DNA of 64,000 bases from Candidatus Latescibacterota bacterium. Lineage in GTDB: Bacteria > Latescibacterota > UBA2968 > UBA8231. The position numbers and the translations under genes were made by a program. Below the pieces are notes generated by a model. The model had not been told where the DNA came from. It saw only the letters and a program-made list of their open reading frames with translations, and did no database searches. Shown here piece by piece: positions 37,044 to 47,519 of this stretch (its first letter is position 1; each line of letters starts with the position of its first letter). The stretch covers positions 1,664,001-1,728,000 of the forward strand of contig OZ241889.1 of assembly GCA_965203355.1 (NCBI GenBank), in the 5' to 3' direction.

Positions 37044-39401
37044 ATGATGGAGTCCGAACGCGCAGTCGCACACCGCTTTGAAGATATGCTGGCACAACTC
37101 GAAGGCCACGGGTTCAAGCGCAACGGCCACGATGCTCTGTTGGCTCGCGCCGCTGATGCCGAGACCTATTACGGGGACAACGAGTTGGCCATTGACGTTT
37201 TGCGGAACAAGTACTTGGCACCCGGCGAAACCGGCCCGTTGCACATCTGGGATCGCATCGCCCGGGCAATGGCCTCGGTGGAGGAGGATCCCCAATACTG
37301 GTACGACCGCTTCTTTTCGCTATTGATGGACTTCAAGTTCATCCCCGGAGGGCGCGTCATGCACGGCGCGGGCCGGGACGAGGCTAGGCGTAAGCCGACG
37401 CTGTCCAACTGCTATGTCATTCCCATTGAAGAAGATAGCTTAGAAGGCATCTATCGCTGTCTGAGCGAGTCGGCGATGGTGTACCGCACGGGCGGTGGGG
37501 TCGGCACGGATTTGTCGATTCTCAGGCCGCATGGGGCTCCAGTCAACGCCACGGTGGATGCCTCGCCGGGTTGCACCGCCTTTATGAACCTGCTCTCCGA
37601 GAGCACCAATGCCGTCTCTCAGGCTGGTCGCCGCGGTGCCCTGATGCTGACCTTGCGGGTTGATCATCCCGATATCGAAGACTTCATCACCATCAAAAAC
37701 GACTCCAACCGCACCAAAGTGCAGTACGCCAACATCAGTGTGCTGATTACCCACGAGTTTATGCAGGCTGTGTTGGCCGACTCGGACTTTGACTTGTGCT
37801 GGGGTGGCCAGGTGTTCCGCACGGTCAAGGCGCGCCAACTGTGGGACAAAATCATTGCCAATGCCCATGCCAGTGCCGAGCCGGGGATTATTTTTTGGGA
37901 CACGATGCGCGAGTATCACAATGTCGAGTATGCCAATCCACTCACTAGCACTAATCCCTGCGGCGAACAGCCACTGGCCTCGTACACAGCCTGCAACCTA
38001 GGCAATCTCAATTTGGTGAACTTCGTCCGTGCCGATGGCGAACTCGACTACGAGGAGTTGGGGCAGGCCGCCCGTGTGGCGACCCGCTTTTTGGACAACG
38101 TCATTGATTACAACGTGGACAACCATGCCCTACCTAAAATTCGCGAAGCCGTAGCCTCCGACCGGCGGGTCGGTTTGGGCATCACCGGCATGGCTGACGC
38201 GCTGATCTTGATGCAGAGTAAGTACGATTCGGACGAGGCGCTGGCGATCATTGACCGCATTATGGCCACTATCTGCCACAACGCCTACGAAATGTCCGTC
38301 GAATTGGCGCAGGAGAAGGGGGGCTTTCCGCTTTTCGACTGGGAGGGCGTCAAGCAGAGCAAATTCATCCAAAGCCTGCCCCAGACGCTACAAGAGAAAA
38401 TCGCCGAGCACGGTCTGCGCAATTGCACCTTGATTACCATGCCGCCGGTGGGAACGGGGTCGATTGTGGCGCAGACGAGTTCGGGGATTGAGCCGATTTT
38501 TTGCACTAGCTACACCCGCCGGGTAAAGCAAGACGATGGCGAGAGTTTCCGCGAATACAAGGTCTATCATCCGCTCATCCAGCAGGTCTTCGGCGGCGAT
38601 GAGGATCTGCCTGACTACGTCGTGACGGCTCACGAAATCGACCCCTACTTCCGGGTCAAGATGCAGGGCGTGATCCAGCAGTACACCGATAGCAGCATTT
38701 CCTCGACGATCAACCTGCCCGAAGACATTGAGCTAGAGACGGTCGCCGACATCTACATCACCGCGTACAAAGAGGGTCTCAAGGGTGTGACGGTGTACCG
38801 CGAGGGGAGCCGCGAGGGCATCCTGCAGACCGAAGGCCAAGCCGACCAGAAGGAAGTTGAAACTCCGGCTGTGGAGATGCCCGATTCCTTGGGGCCGGAT
38901 GGCTTTCGGCACCGCCGCCGTCGCCCGGCTGTCACTAGGGGCATTACCGAGCGGATCAACACAGGTGAGGGCAAGATCTACGTAACGATCAACGAGGACG
39001 AATACGGGATCTGCGAGGTCTTTAGCACCATCGGCAAAGCGGGCGGCAATGCGGCTGCCCAGTCTGAGGCCATCAGTCGGCTGATTTCGCTTGCGTTGCG
39101 CTCGGGGGTGGATCCCCAGGAAGTCATCAGCGAGTTGAAGGGCATTTCCGGGCCGAGTCCAGTGTGGGAAGATGGCGAGCTCGTGCTATCGACGCCGGAT
39201 GCTATTGGCAAGGCGATAGAGCGCTATTTGCAGCGGAAAGCGGGCAAGCAGCATAAAGCGATTGTCTCTGAGGGCGAGCCGCCCTGTTCCGTTGCAAGCA
39301 GCGAGCCAAAGGTGCTAACGACCTGTCCAGAATGCGGCTCGACGGTAGCTTATGAGAGTAGCTGTCTAATGTGCAAGCACTGCGGCTGGTCTAAATGTTG
39401 A
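37044..39401 (+). CDS. nrdJ: class II (adenosylcobalamin-dependent) ribonucleotide reductase
   Basis: TLSNCYV, GGGVG, TNPCGEQPL, PVGTGS..SSGIEP, KGVTVYR, C-terminal TSCPD-like domain and Zn ribbon. Confidence 0.93.
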   Translation: MMESERAVAHRFEDMLAQLEGHGFKRNGHDALLARAADAETYYGDNELAIDVLRNKYLAPGETGPLHIWDRIARAMASVEEDPQYWYDRFFSLLMDFKFIPGGRVMHGAGRDEARRKPTLSNCYVIPIEEDSLEGIYRCLSESAMVYRTGGGVGTDLSILRPHGAPVNATVDASPGCTAFMNLLSESTNAVSQAGRRGALMLTLRVDHPDIEDFITIKNDSNRTKVQYANISVLITHEFMQAVLADSDFDLCWGGQVFRTVKARQLWDKIIANAHASAEPGIIFWDTMREYHNVEYANPLTSTNPCGEQPLASYTACNLGNLNLVNFVRADGELDYEELGQAARVATRFLDNVIDYNVDNHALPKIREAVASDRRVGLGITGMADALILMQSKYDSDEALAIIDRIMATICHNAYEMSVELAQEKGGFPLFDWEGVKQSKFIQSLPQTLQEKIAEHGLRNCTLITMPPVGTGSIVAQTSSGIEPIFCTSYTRRVKQDDGESFREYKVYHPLIQQVFGGDEDLPDYVVTAHEIDPYFRVKMQGVIQQYTDSSISSTINLPEDIELETVADIYITAYKEGLKGVTVYREGSREGILQTEGQADQKEVETPAVEMPDSLGPDGFRHRRRRPAVTRGITERINTGEGKIYVTINEDEYGICEVFSTIGKAGGNAAAQSEAISRLISLALRSGVDPQEVISELKGISGPSPVWEDGELVLSTPDAIGKAIERYLQRKAGKQHKAIVSEGEPPCSVASSEPKVLTTCPECGSTVAYESSCLMCKHCGWSKC

Positions 39402-39428
39402 ACTAAAGCCGGACTGTGTTTTTCGTTT

Positions 39429-39472
39429 GAGGCGAGGATGTCGTCGGGAGACCGGCGGCATCCTCGTTTTTT
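39429..39472 (+). terminator. intrinsic terminator after nrdJ
   Basis: CGAGGATGTCGTCGG-gaga-CCGGCGGCATCCTCG followed by T6. Confidence 0.85.
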
Positions 39473-39474
39473 AA

Positions 39475-40230
39475 TTACAACTCCAACACCAATCCGTCGT
39501 AGGCTAGTTGCACACTCGGGGGCAGTTCGGCGTTGGTCTGATGGTGGTCGAGGTCGTGGGCTATATGCGTTAAGTACGTGCGAGCGGGCTGGAGTTTGGC
39601 GATAATGGCCAACGCCTGCTCGACGTTGAAATGGGTGGGATGCTCTTTGTAGCGCAGTGCGTCTAGGACCAGAACCTCTAGACCATGCAGTCGCGCCATG
39701 GCCGCCTCTGGGATGTAATTGGTGTCCGTGGCGTAGGCGAAGTTGCCGATGCGGAAGGCTAAGACTGGTGAGCGGCCGTGATAGATGGTGAGCGGCTCGA
39801 TGGCGAGTCCACAAACTGTGAACGGTCCGGTAATCGGACGCAGGGCTAGCTGCGGCGTCGCGCTTGGAGCGTCTTTGTCAAAGGCGTAGTCGAAGACTCG
39901 TTCGATGCGTGCAATGGTGTGCGGATCCGCATAGCAGGGCAGCGGCTGATCGCGGTCAAAGCAATAGGAGCGCACGTCGTCGAGGCCGTGCAGATGATCG
40001 GCGTGGCCGTGAGTCAACAACACGCAATCGACGCGGTCAATCTGATAGCGCAAGGCTTGAGTTCTGAGGTCCGGGCCGGCATCGACGAGGATTGACCGGC
40101 CTTGATATGCTACGTGTAGGGCACAGCGCAAGCGCTTGTTTTTCGGGTCGTCCGAGACGCAAACCGGGCAGTAGCAGCCGATACGTGGCACCCCGATAGA
40201 GGTGCCAGTGCCAAGAAAGGTGACCTTCAT
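39475..40230 (-). CDS. MBL-fold metallo-hydrolase (PhnP-like)
   Basis: LGTGTS.GVP..GC.C, THGHADHLHGLDD, HPTH, THIAH. Confidence 0.9.
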   Translation of the reverse strand: MKVTFLGTGTSIGVPRIGCYCPVCVSDDPKNKRLRCALHVAYQGRSILVDAGPDLRTQALRYQIDRVDCVLLTHGHADHLHGLDDVRSYCFDRDQPLPCYADPHTIARIERVFDYAFDKDAPSATPQLALRPITGPFTVCGLAIEPLTIYHGRSPVLAFRIGNFAYATDTNYIPEAAMARLHGLEVLVLDALRYKEHPTHFNVEQALAIIAKLQPARTYLTHIAHDLDHHQTNAELPPSVQLAYDGLVLEL

Positions 40231-40982
40231 GCTGGCACAGCGGGTAGGGTCAGAATCCGCGGCCCGTCCTCAGTAATGGCGACGGTATGTTCGGCGTGGG
40301 CAGCAAGCGAGCGGTCGGAAGTGAGCGTGGTCCAGTCGTCGAGATGATCGACTTGAGGGTTCCCTAGGCAGAGAATCGGTTCGATACAGAATACGTGCCC
40401 AGGCTTGAGCAGTGGACCTTTGCCGGGCGAACCATAGTTTTCGATGTAGGGCGACTCGTGTAGTTCGCGGCCAATGCCGTGGCCTCCGTACTCGCGCACT
40501 ACGGCTAGCCCTTGGCTTTCGGCGTGGTGCTGGATGGCATGCGAAATGTCGGAGAGTCGCCTGCCGGGCCGCGCTTGGTCAATGCCCCGTGCGAGGCAGT
40601 CGAGGGTGCCATTGATGAGGTGCTGTGCCTGTGCGCTGATCGCGCCCACCGCGACGGTAAAGGCCCCGTCGCCATAGTAACCATCGAGACAGGCACCCAC
40701 GTCAATACTGACGATGTCTCCCTCTTGCAATGGAGTTTCGTCGGGGAACCCATGCACGATTGCGGCGTTTACTGAAGCGCAAATTGAGTAGGGAAAGTCG
40801 TGGTATCCCTTGAAGGCGGGCACCGCTCCTAAGGCGCGGATTTCGGCCTCGGCGACTTGATCCAGTTCGAGGGTGCTGACGCCGGGCGCGATGAGTACTT
40901 CGAGCTTTTGCTGGACGGCGAAGACGATCTCGCAGCTCGCGGCAATGTGCTCTATTTCGCTTGATTTTTTGCGGTGAATCAA
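40227..40982 (-). CDS. map: type I methionine aminopeptidase
   Basis: CASVN..VHG, SIDVG..GYYGD, GHGIG..HE, EPI, AAHAEHT. Confidence 0.95.
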   Translation of the reverse strand: MIHRKKSSEIEHIAASCEIVFAVQQKLEVLIAPGVSTLELDQVAEAEIRALGAVPAFKGYHDFPYSICASVNAAIVHGFPDETPLQEGDIVSIDVGACLDGYYGDGAFTVAVGAISAQAQHLINGTLDCLARGIDQARPGRRLSDISHAIQHHAESQGLAVVREYGGHGIGRELHESPYIENYGSPGKGPLLKPGHVFCIEPILCLGNPQVDHLDDWTTLTSDRSLAAHAEHTVAITEDGPRILTLPAVPA

Positions 40983-41142
40983 GGTGCAAACCCCAGAGAA
41001 TGTAGCGCGCAATTGCTGAAAGCGTTACAAAAAGACGGTAGCTCTGGTTTGTCAAGAGCGCGTCTTGCGATTGTTGTGGGGCGTCTATATATTCAGAAAA
41101 TTACGTAACTTACGTCTTAAAAGCTATCAACTGAGGGAGCAG

Positions 41143-43434
41143 ATGGGCAAGTCATTGGTGGTTGTCGAGTCGCCAGCCAAGGCCAAGACGATCAACAAAA
41201 TTTTGGGCAAAGATTTTGTGGTCAAACCCTGTATGGGGCACGTGCGGGATCTGCCGCCGAAAGAGCTCGGCATCGACGTTAAAGACGGCTTCAAGCCGCG
41301 CTACGTGACCATTCGCGGCAAGGGCAAGGTCCTCAGCGATCTCCGCAAAGCAGCCCAAGCCGCCGACGCCACCTACTTGGCTACCGACCCCGATCGCGAA
41401 GGCGAAGCCATTGCCTGGCACGTGGCGCAAGCCATCTCCCACAAGAACGACAACGTCAAGCGAATTCTCTTCAACGAGATTACGCCCAAAGCGGTACACG
41501 AGTCGCTAGAGCGCTCGGGTGTGCTGGACCTCCACAAGGTCGATGCCCAACAAGCGCGGCGCGTACTCGACCGCTTAGTCGGCTACGAGATCAGTCCGCT
41601 CTTGTGGAAGGTCATACACGCTGGGCTCTCAGCCGGCCGAGTGCAGTCCGTAGCCGTGCGGTTAATCTGCGAGCGAGACCGCGAGATCAAGGCATTTGAG
41701 CCGCAGGAGTACTGGTCCATTGAGGCCCTTTTGGAGCGCGCGAGCCAGGGTTCGTTCTGGGCGCGTCTGTTGGCCAAAGACGGCGATAAGATCAATATCG
41801 GCAATCAGGACGAGGCCGATCGCATTGCCGCCGAGCTAGCCACGCAAGATATAGCGGTCAAAGAGGTCAAGGAACGGGACCAAGTGCGCCGACCGGCCCC
41901 GCCCTTCACGACCAGCACCTTGCAGCAGGAATGTGCTCGGCGGATGCGCTTTTCGGTCAAGCGCACCATGGCTGTAGCTCAGCAGCTATACGAAGGCATT
42001 GAGGTCGAGGGTGAAACCCGTGGCTTGATTACCTATATGCGCACGGATTCGGTGCGCGTTGCTGCCGACGCCATCGCCGAAGTGCGCGAGCAGATCGACG
42101 CCCTCTACGGCCGCGATTACGTGCCCGAGACGCCCAATCACTACCGGACCAAAAACAGCGCCCAAGACGCCCACGAGGCCATACGCCCTACCTCCGTAGC
42201 CCTGCATCCAGACAAAGTCGAGCACTTGCTCACGCCACATCAGGCGCGGGTGTACTCCCTAATCTGGAAGCGATTCGTGACCTCGCAGATGAAGCCGCAG
42301 GTTCTCAGCATCACGACAGCTAATATCGAGGCCGGACCCTACTTGCTTCGCGCTACCGGGAGCGTCGTCAAGTTTCCGGGCTTTACTCTGCTCTACAGCG
42401 AGAGCAAGGAAGAAGAGGATAAGCTGGAGGCCGCGTCCAATGGCAGGGCCGATAGGAAAGCAGAGGACGCGGCGCAGGCCATGCCCGCTGACATGGCCGC
42501 GGGCGAGGTGCTAAGGTTAGAGCAGATTGCTCCTGAACAGCACTTTACTAAGCCACCGCCGCGCTTTACGGAGGCGTCGCTCGTCAAGCAACTGGAATCC
42601 GAGGGCATTGGTCGTCCCTCGACCTACGCGCAAATCATTACAACCATCCTCGACCGCAAGTACGTCGAAAAGGTCGATAACCGCTACTTCGTGGCCACTG
42701 AGCGCGGCCAGACCGTCAACAAACTGCTCGTCGATACCTTTCCGCACCTCTTCAACGTAGCTTTCACAGCCAACATGGAGGATAAGCTCGATCAGATCGA
42801 AGATGGGGGCACCAACTGGGTGGAGATCGTGCAGCAGTTCTACGACTCGTGGAAGGGCGACTTAGACGCGGCCAATAGCCAGCGGAAAGAGCTGAAACGC
42901 GCGCTGCAAGAGGTGTCGGACGAGGATTGCGAGGAATGCGGGGCCGACATGGTCGTCAAGTGGGGTCGCAACGGTCGCTTCCTCGCGTGTTCTGGGTACC
43001 CCAAATGCAAAAACACCAAACCCCTCGAAGAGCAAAGTGAGGAGAAGACCGACGAGGTCTGCGATCAATGCAGTGCGCCTATGCTTGTCAAGATGGGTCG
43101 CTATGGCCGCTTCTTGGCTTGTAGCGGCTATCCAGATTGCAAAAACGTCAAGCCCTATGTGCTCGGAATCCAGTGCCCAGAGGACGGTTGCGAGGGGCAG
43201 ATTGTGGAGAAACGGTCGCGCAAAGGCAAGGTCTTCTTTGGTTGCATCAATTATCCCCAGTGCAAGTTTGCTAGCTGGGACCGCCCCATAGACCGCAAGT
43301 GCGTGCATTGCGACGCCGCCTTGCTCTACGAAAAGGGGAACCGCTCGGGTACTCCTGCCATATACTGCCGGATTTGCGGCACTGAGTACGAAAGCGAAGA
43401 GGGCGAAAAAGACAAAAGCGCCCAAGCTGCCTGA
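41143..43434 (+). CDS. topA: DNA topoisomerase I
   Basis: VVESPAKAKTI, ATDPDREGE, SAGRVQS, ITYMRTD, GIGRPSTY, C-terminal Zn ribbons. Confidence 0.98.
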   Translation: MGKSLVVVESPAKAKTINKILGKDFVVKPCMGHVRDLPPKELGIDVKDGFKPRYVTIRGKGKVLSDLRKAAQAADATYLATDPDREGEAIAWHVAQAISHKNDNVKRILFNEITPKAVHESLERSGVLDLHKVDAQQARRVLDRLVGYEISPLLWKVIHAGLSAGRVQSVAVRLICERDREIKAFEPQEYWSIEALLERASQGSFWARLLAKDGDKINIGNQDEADRIAAELATQDIAVKEVKERDQVRRPAPPFTTSTLQQECARRMRFSVKRTMAVAQQLYEGIEVEGETRGLITYMRTDSVRVAADAIAEVREQIDALYGRDYVPETPNHYRTKNSAQDAHEAIRPTSVALHPDKVEHLLTPHQARVYSLIWKRFVTSQMKPQVLSITTANIEAGPYLLRATGSVVKFPGFTLLYSESKEEEDKLEAASNGRADRKAEDAAQAMPADMAAGEVLRLEQIAPEQHFTKPPPRFTEASLVKQLESEGIGRPSTYAQIITTILDRKYVEKVDNRYFVATERGQTVNKLLVDTFPHLFNVAFTANMEDKLDQIEDGGTNWVEIVQQFYDSWKGDLDAANSQRKELKRALQEVSDEDCEECGADMVVKWGRNGRFLACSGYPKCKNTKPLEEQSEEKTDEVCDQCSAPMLVKMGRYGRFLACSGYPDCKNVKPYVLGIQCPEDGCEGQIVEKRSRKGKVFFGCINYPQCKFASWDRPIDRKCVHCDAALLYEKGNRSGTPAIYCRICGTEYESEEGEKDKSAQAA

Positions 43435-43463
43435 GTATCCTTTCCTCCTTGGCTCGCGACGCC

Positions 43464-44420
43464 ATGGCCGATGCCCCGCAGAGCACCCTGCACCCCAGAT
43501 CTAGCCTTGAAGAGGGCATTGCCCGCTTCTTGGAATACTTGCACAAAGAGCGCAACTGCGCCGAGTACACCCTCAGTTCATATCGCTGTGACTTGCAGCA
43601 ATTCGCGCGCTTTCTCTATCCGCGAATCGATAATTTGCAACTGCCGTTGCGAATGGTGCAGCGCGAGCAGGTGCAGGCCTTTGTCGCCGATCTAGAGGAA
43701 AAGGGTCTTAAGGCCAGCACTGTTGCCCGCAAATTGGCGGCTCTGCGCTCGCTCTTCCGCTATCTGTGTCGCGAAGGTGCGCTCGCCGCCAACCCGGCGG
43801 GTGCGGTGGCATCGCCCTTGGTCGAGCGCGCATTGCCGCGGCACCTGCCCGTAGAACAAGTCGCCGAGGCCATGGAGGCGCCGGCGACCGAGCGGTTTAG
43901 CGGGGTGCGGGATCGGGCCATTTTAGAGATGTTCTATGGAGGGGGTATTCGCCTCGGGGAGTTGGTGGCACTCAATCTTTCGTCGCTGGATCGGGCCGAA
44001 GGCACGATCAAAGTGATGGGCAAGGGCCGCAAAGAGCGCATCGCTCCCATTGGCTCGAAGGCACAAGAGGCGCTCAAAGTATACCTGCAACGCCGCGCCG
44101 AGATCTTGCTCGAATGCGACATGTCCGAAGTGGAAGCCGGGGCCCTCTTCCTCAACGGGCGTGGCAAGCGCTTGAGTCGCCGCACCGTGCAGCGCATCGT
44201 CGAGCGCCATTTGCGCACCGTGTCGGCAGATGATTCGCTCAGCCCGCATCGTCTGCGCCACTCCTTTGCCGCCCATCTGCTCGACGCGGGTGCCGATTTA
44301 GTGGCTGTCAAAGAACTCCTCGGTCACGCGACCTTGGCCGCGACTCAGAGCTATACTGAAGTGAGCTTGGAGCACCTGCAAGCCATCTACGCCGAGGCCC
44401 ATCCGCACGGTGCTGATTAG
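43464..44420 (+). CDS. xerC: tyrosine recombinase XerC
   Basis: RDRAILE, GKGRKER, HRLRHSFA, LLGH..TQSY. Lies downstream of topA. Confidence 0.88.
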   Translation: MADAPQSTLHPRSSLEEGIARFLEYLHKERNCAEYTLSSYRCDLQQFARFLYPRIDNLQLPLRMVQREQVQAFVADLEEKGLKASTVARKLAALRSLFRYLCREGALAANPAGAVASPLVERALPRHLPVEQVAEAMEAPATERFSGVRDRAILEMFYGGGIRLGELVALNLSSLDRAEGTIKVMGKGRKERIAPIGSKAQEALKVYLQRRAEILLECDMSEVEAGALFLNGRGKRLSRRTVQRIVERHLRTVSADDSLSPHRLRHSFAAHLLDAGADLVAVKELLGHATLAATQSYTEVSLEHLQAIYAEAHPHGAD

Positions 44421-45972
44421 CATCTTGGTCGCCCTGTTGTTGGGCTGTGCCAAAGTCGGCCCCCCCGCCGGAGGGCCGGTGGACAAAGAGCCGCCCCGCA
44501 TTCTGTCTCACTACCCGGAGAGCGACGCCTTGGAAGTGGCGCGGGATACCGAGGTAGAAATCGTCTTCAGCGAACCCATGAACCGCGAGCAGACCGAGGC
44601 CGCTCTTTTCACCGCGCCGGTCGGGTCGCTGCAACTATCGTGGCACGGTCCACGCCTGCGCCTGGCGATGCCCTTGGCCGAAGAGCGGACTTATGTGTTG
44701 ACTGTGGGTACCGGGGCGCGGGATTTGCGGGGCAATGCGTTGACAAAATCCTTTACCTTAGCTTTTGCCACCGGCTCGCAGCTCGACCAAGGTTTAGTGC
44801 GGGGCCGGGTGTACCAAGAGCATCAACCCGTGGCTGGTGCCCATGTTTGGGCCTATGATTTGGGAACCTTTAGCGGGGCGGTAGGATTGGACGAACCATC
44901 CTATCAGACGCAGAGCGGTACCGACGGGGGATACGAGTTTATCCGCCTTGCGCCGGGTCCCTATCGGGTGCTGGCCTTTAAGGATGCAAATCGCAACGCC
45001 CGGCCAGACGCCGACGAGTGGTTGGCCCTGCCGTCGGCCTCGGTGGAAGTGGGAGAGGAAACAGTGCGAGCGGGTGATTTAGCACTCGCCCGTCAGCCGA
45101 TGCCGATGCCCGTGCTCAAGCGGGTCCAGGCCATACACGCCGAACGGCTGATGTTGCTTTTTGCCGAGGCTGTGGATCTACGAGAATTAGAATTGGAAGT
45201 CCTCGGGCTGGCGGTGGAATCGCGGTATGCGGCCCCAAGTGCTGAGGAGAAAATTTACGTCGAGACGGCAACGCAAGATCCAGGTCGGCCCTATGCTGTA
45301 CAGCTTGCGTTCGCTGGTGCGCCCGTGCCGGGGGACGCGGCGGTGCGCGGCAGTGCACGCCCGGACCGCAAGCCGCCCTCTTTCGTCGGGCTGGCGCGGA
45401 ATCGACTGGCCCCAAGAGACGCGCTGGATTTGCTTTTTTCCGAAGCCATGCAGCCGGCCGCGTTGGCCGGGGTTTGGATGGCGAGCGATTCGACGCAAGT
45501 ATTAGGCGGGGATTGGCTGTGGCCAGCACCCAACCGCGCCCGCTTTGCACCCGCCGAACCGCTGGCACCGGGTGCGTATCGGCTCGCAGGGTCGGCTGTG
45601 CAGTTCGTGGACCGGGCCGGCAATGGCCTTGCCGACAGCCTGTTGACGCTTTCTTTTACCGTTGGCGCGGAGACGGCGGCGATTCGCGGGCAAGTGCAGG
45701 CGAGGGAAGAAGGTCGCGTCCAAATAGCGGCCATCAACGAGGATGAGCGAACGTACACCGAGTGGGCGGACGAAGAGGGGCGATTTGAGCTAAATGGTCT
45801 GCTGGCCGGTACCTATTGGCTGTGGTCGTTTGTAGATCGCGATGGCGATGGCGAGTACAGCAGCGGCTCACTCAGCCCCTTTCGCTATTCCGAGCCTTAT
45901 GGACGCTACGGCGAGCCGATTGACCTAGATGAGGACCAAATCGTCGAAGAGGTAGATATCCCATGCCACTGA
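44410..45972 (+). CDS. Ig-like (Big_5) domain lipoprotein
   Basis: Lipobox LLGC followed by PPAGGPVDKEPP, FSEPM, DLRGN, Dx[DN]xDG-like loops. Confidence 0.75.
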   Translation: MLISILVALLLGCAKVGPPAGGPVDKEPPRILSHYPESDALEVARDTEVEIVFSEPMNREQTEAALFTAPVGSLQLSWHGPRLRLAMPLAEERTYVLTVGTGARDLRGNALTKSFTLAFATGSQLDQGLVRGRVYQEHQPVAGAHVWAYDLGTFSGAVGLDEPSYQTQSGTDGGYEFIRLAPGPYRVLAFKDANRNARPDADEWLALPSASVEVGEETVRAGDLALARQPMPMPVLKRVQAIHAERLMLLFAEAVDLRELELEVLGLAVESRYAAPSAEEKIYVETATQDPGRPYAVQLAFAGAPVPGDAAVRGSARPDRKPPSFVGLARNRLAPRDALDLLFSEAMQPAALAGVWMASDSTQVLGGDWLWPAPNRARFAPAEPLAPGAYRLAGSAVQFVDRAGNGLADSLLTLSFTVGAETAAIRGQVQAREEGRVQIAAINEDERTYTEWADEEGRFELNGLLAGTYWLWSFVDRDGDGEYSSGSLSPFRYSEPYGRYGEPIDLDEDQIVEEVDIPCH

Positions 45973-46319
45973 GACTGATCGAGTTGACGTTTTTGGTGCT
46001 GGTGCTCATAGGTTTAGGGGTTGTGCATTTTTCTCGCTTGACCCCACATGAGCGCGCCCTGATCCAAATGGAGGTGTGCTTGGAGCAGCTATACCTGTTC
46101 GAAAAGGCCTATTTTGCCAAGCATGGTCGCTACTTCGACCCGAATGACAAGAGAATTCGGCGCGCTTGGTGGCAGATAGAGGGCTATACTTGGGAGTTCT
46201 GGCCTATGAGCACAGGATTCTGGTTAGTAGTACGGGCCGATTTGGATGGGGACGGTCAGCTTGGGGCTTGGACTGTAGATGCTGTACGTTCACAAGTGAA
46301 GATCCTGAACCAAGACTGA
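45963..46319 (+). CDS. pilin-like hypothetical protein
   Basis: LIEL plus hydrophobic helix, EKAYFAKHGRY, ADLDGDG..W. Confidence 0.55.
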   Translation: MPLRLIELTFLVLVLIGLGVVHFSRLTPHERALIQMEVCLEQLYLFEKAYFAKHGRYFDPNDKRIRRAWWQIEGYTWEFWPMSTGFWLVVRADLDGDGQLGAWTVDAVRSQVKILNQD

Positions 46320-46332
46320 GCACACAGACTTG

Positions 46333-47124
46333 TCAGACGGCGATCTCCATGGGGATGGAGGGGTGCGGGTGGTAGTTGAGCAGTTTGAAGTCGTCGTAAC
46401 GGAAGTCGGAAATCGACTGGCCGCGGTTTTTAATGGTCATAACCGGCAGTGGCCGGGGGGTGCGGGCGAGTTGTTGTCGCAGTGCGGCGACGTGGTTCTG
46501 ATAGATGTGGACATCGCCGCCGGTCCAGACGAATTCCCCGGGCTGCAAGCCGCAGACTTGGGCCACCATCATGGTCAGCAGGCTGTAGCTGGCGATGTTG
46601 AACGGCACGCCAAGCCCCACGTCGCAAGAGCGTTGATAGAGCTGGCAGGAAAGCCGACCGCGTGCGACGAAAAACTGGAACAGGCAGTGGCAGGGCATGA
46701 GGGCCATTTGTTCCAGCTCGCCGACGTTCCACGCGCTGACGAGGATGCGGCGCGAATCGGGATTGGTCTTAAGCAGGTCAATGGCGCGTTGGATTTGGTC
46801 GATGGGGCCTTCTGGGGTTGCCCACGTGCGCCACTGCTTGCCGTAGATGGGGCCGAGGTCGCCGTTTTCGTCGGCCCACTCGTCCCAGATGCCGACCTTT
46901 TTCTGTTGCAAATAGGCTGTGTTGGTGTCGCCTTTGAGAAACCACAAGAGTTCGTGGATGATGGAGCGCAAATGCAGTTTCTTAGTGGTCAAGCAGGGGA
47001 ACCCGTCCGCGAGATCAAAGCGTGTCTGATAGCCAAAGACGGCGAGGGTGCCGACGCCCGTGCGGTCGTCTTTGGCCTCGCCGTGGTCGAGGCAATGGCT
47101 TACTAGGTCGAGGTATTGTCGCAT
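46333..47124 (-). CDS. thyA: thymidylate synthase
   Basis: [42 protein letters not shown]. Confidence 0.97.
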   Translation of the reverse strand: MRQYLDLVSHCLDHGEAKDDRTGVGTLAVFGYQTRFDLADGFPCLTTKKLHLRSIIHELLWFLKGDTNTAYLQQKKVGIWDEWADENGDLGPIYGKQWRTWATPEGPIDQIQRAIDLLKTNPDSRRILVSAWNVGELEQMALMPCHCLFQFFVARGRLSCQLYQRSCDVGLGVPFNIASYSLLTMMVAQVCGLQPGEFVWTGGDVHIYQNHVAALRQQLARTPRPLPVMTIKNRGQSISDFRYDDFKLLNYHPHPSIPMEIAV

Positions 47125-47298
47125 TGTGAAATGCTCGCGAGCGTAGCTGAACGCAAAGCTGGCGTGATGCTCTTTTATTTTCATAAGTTTTTTGCCTCGT
47201 GTCAAAGGCATTTGCGTGGTCGGCGGTGCTCGTACCGTAGGCGAGGAGTGGGCACAATGCTAACTCGTTTTTGGCGGCGCAATCAGGCGACGGGTAGG

Positions 47299-47327
47299 TT
47301 GACAGAAACATGCCCGCCGCGTACTTT
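47299..47327 (+). promoter_or_regulatory. promoter for tRNA-Cys/tRNA-Leu
   Basis: TTGACA-17 bp-TACTTT. Confidence 0.7.
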
Positions 47328-47342
47328 CAAATCCCTATTTGA

Positions 47343-47416
47343 GGCGACGTGGCCAAGTGGTAAGGCAGGGGCCTGCAAAGCTCTTATCCCCGGTTCGATT
47401 CCGGGCGTCGCCTCCA
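47343..47416 (+). tRNA. tRNA-Cys(GCA)
   Basis: GGCGACG acceptor stem, CTGCAAA loop, CCA end. Confidence 0.95.
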
Positions 47417-47431
47417 TTTTTTTGTCTATGC

Positions 47432-47519
47432 GCCGGGGTGGCGGAATTGGTAGACGCGGTGGACTTAAAATCCACTGTCCGCTTAGGACGTGCCGGTTCG
47501 AGTCCGGCCCTCGGCACCA
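47432..47519 (+). tRNA. tRNA-Leu(TAA)
   Basis: CTTAAAA loop, long variable arm, CCA end. Confidence 0.95.

Noticed and set aside
37044-39401. Intein or intron in the RNR
   Set aside because: Length and motif spacing are normal and no splicing motifs are seen.
43464-44420. Tyrosine recombinase as a mobile-element integrase
   Set aside because: XerC-like size and motifs, housekeeping position after topA, and no cargo or att sites.
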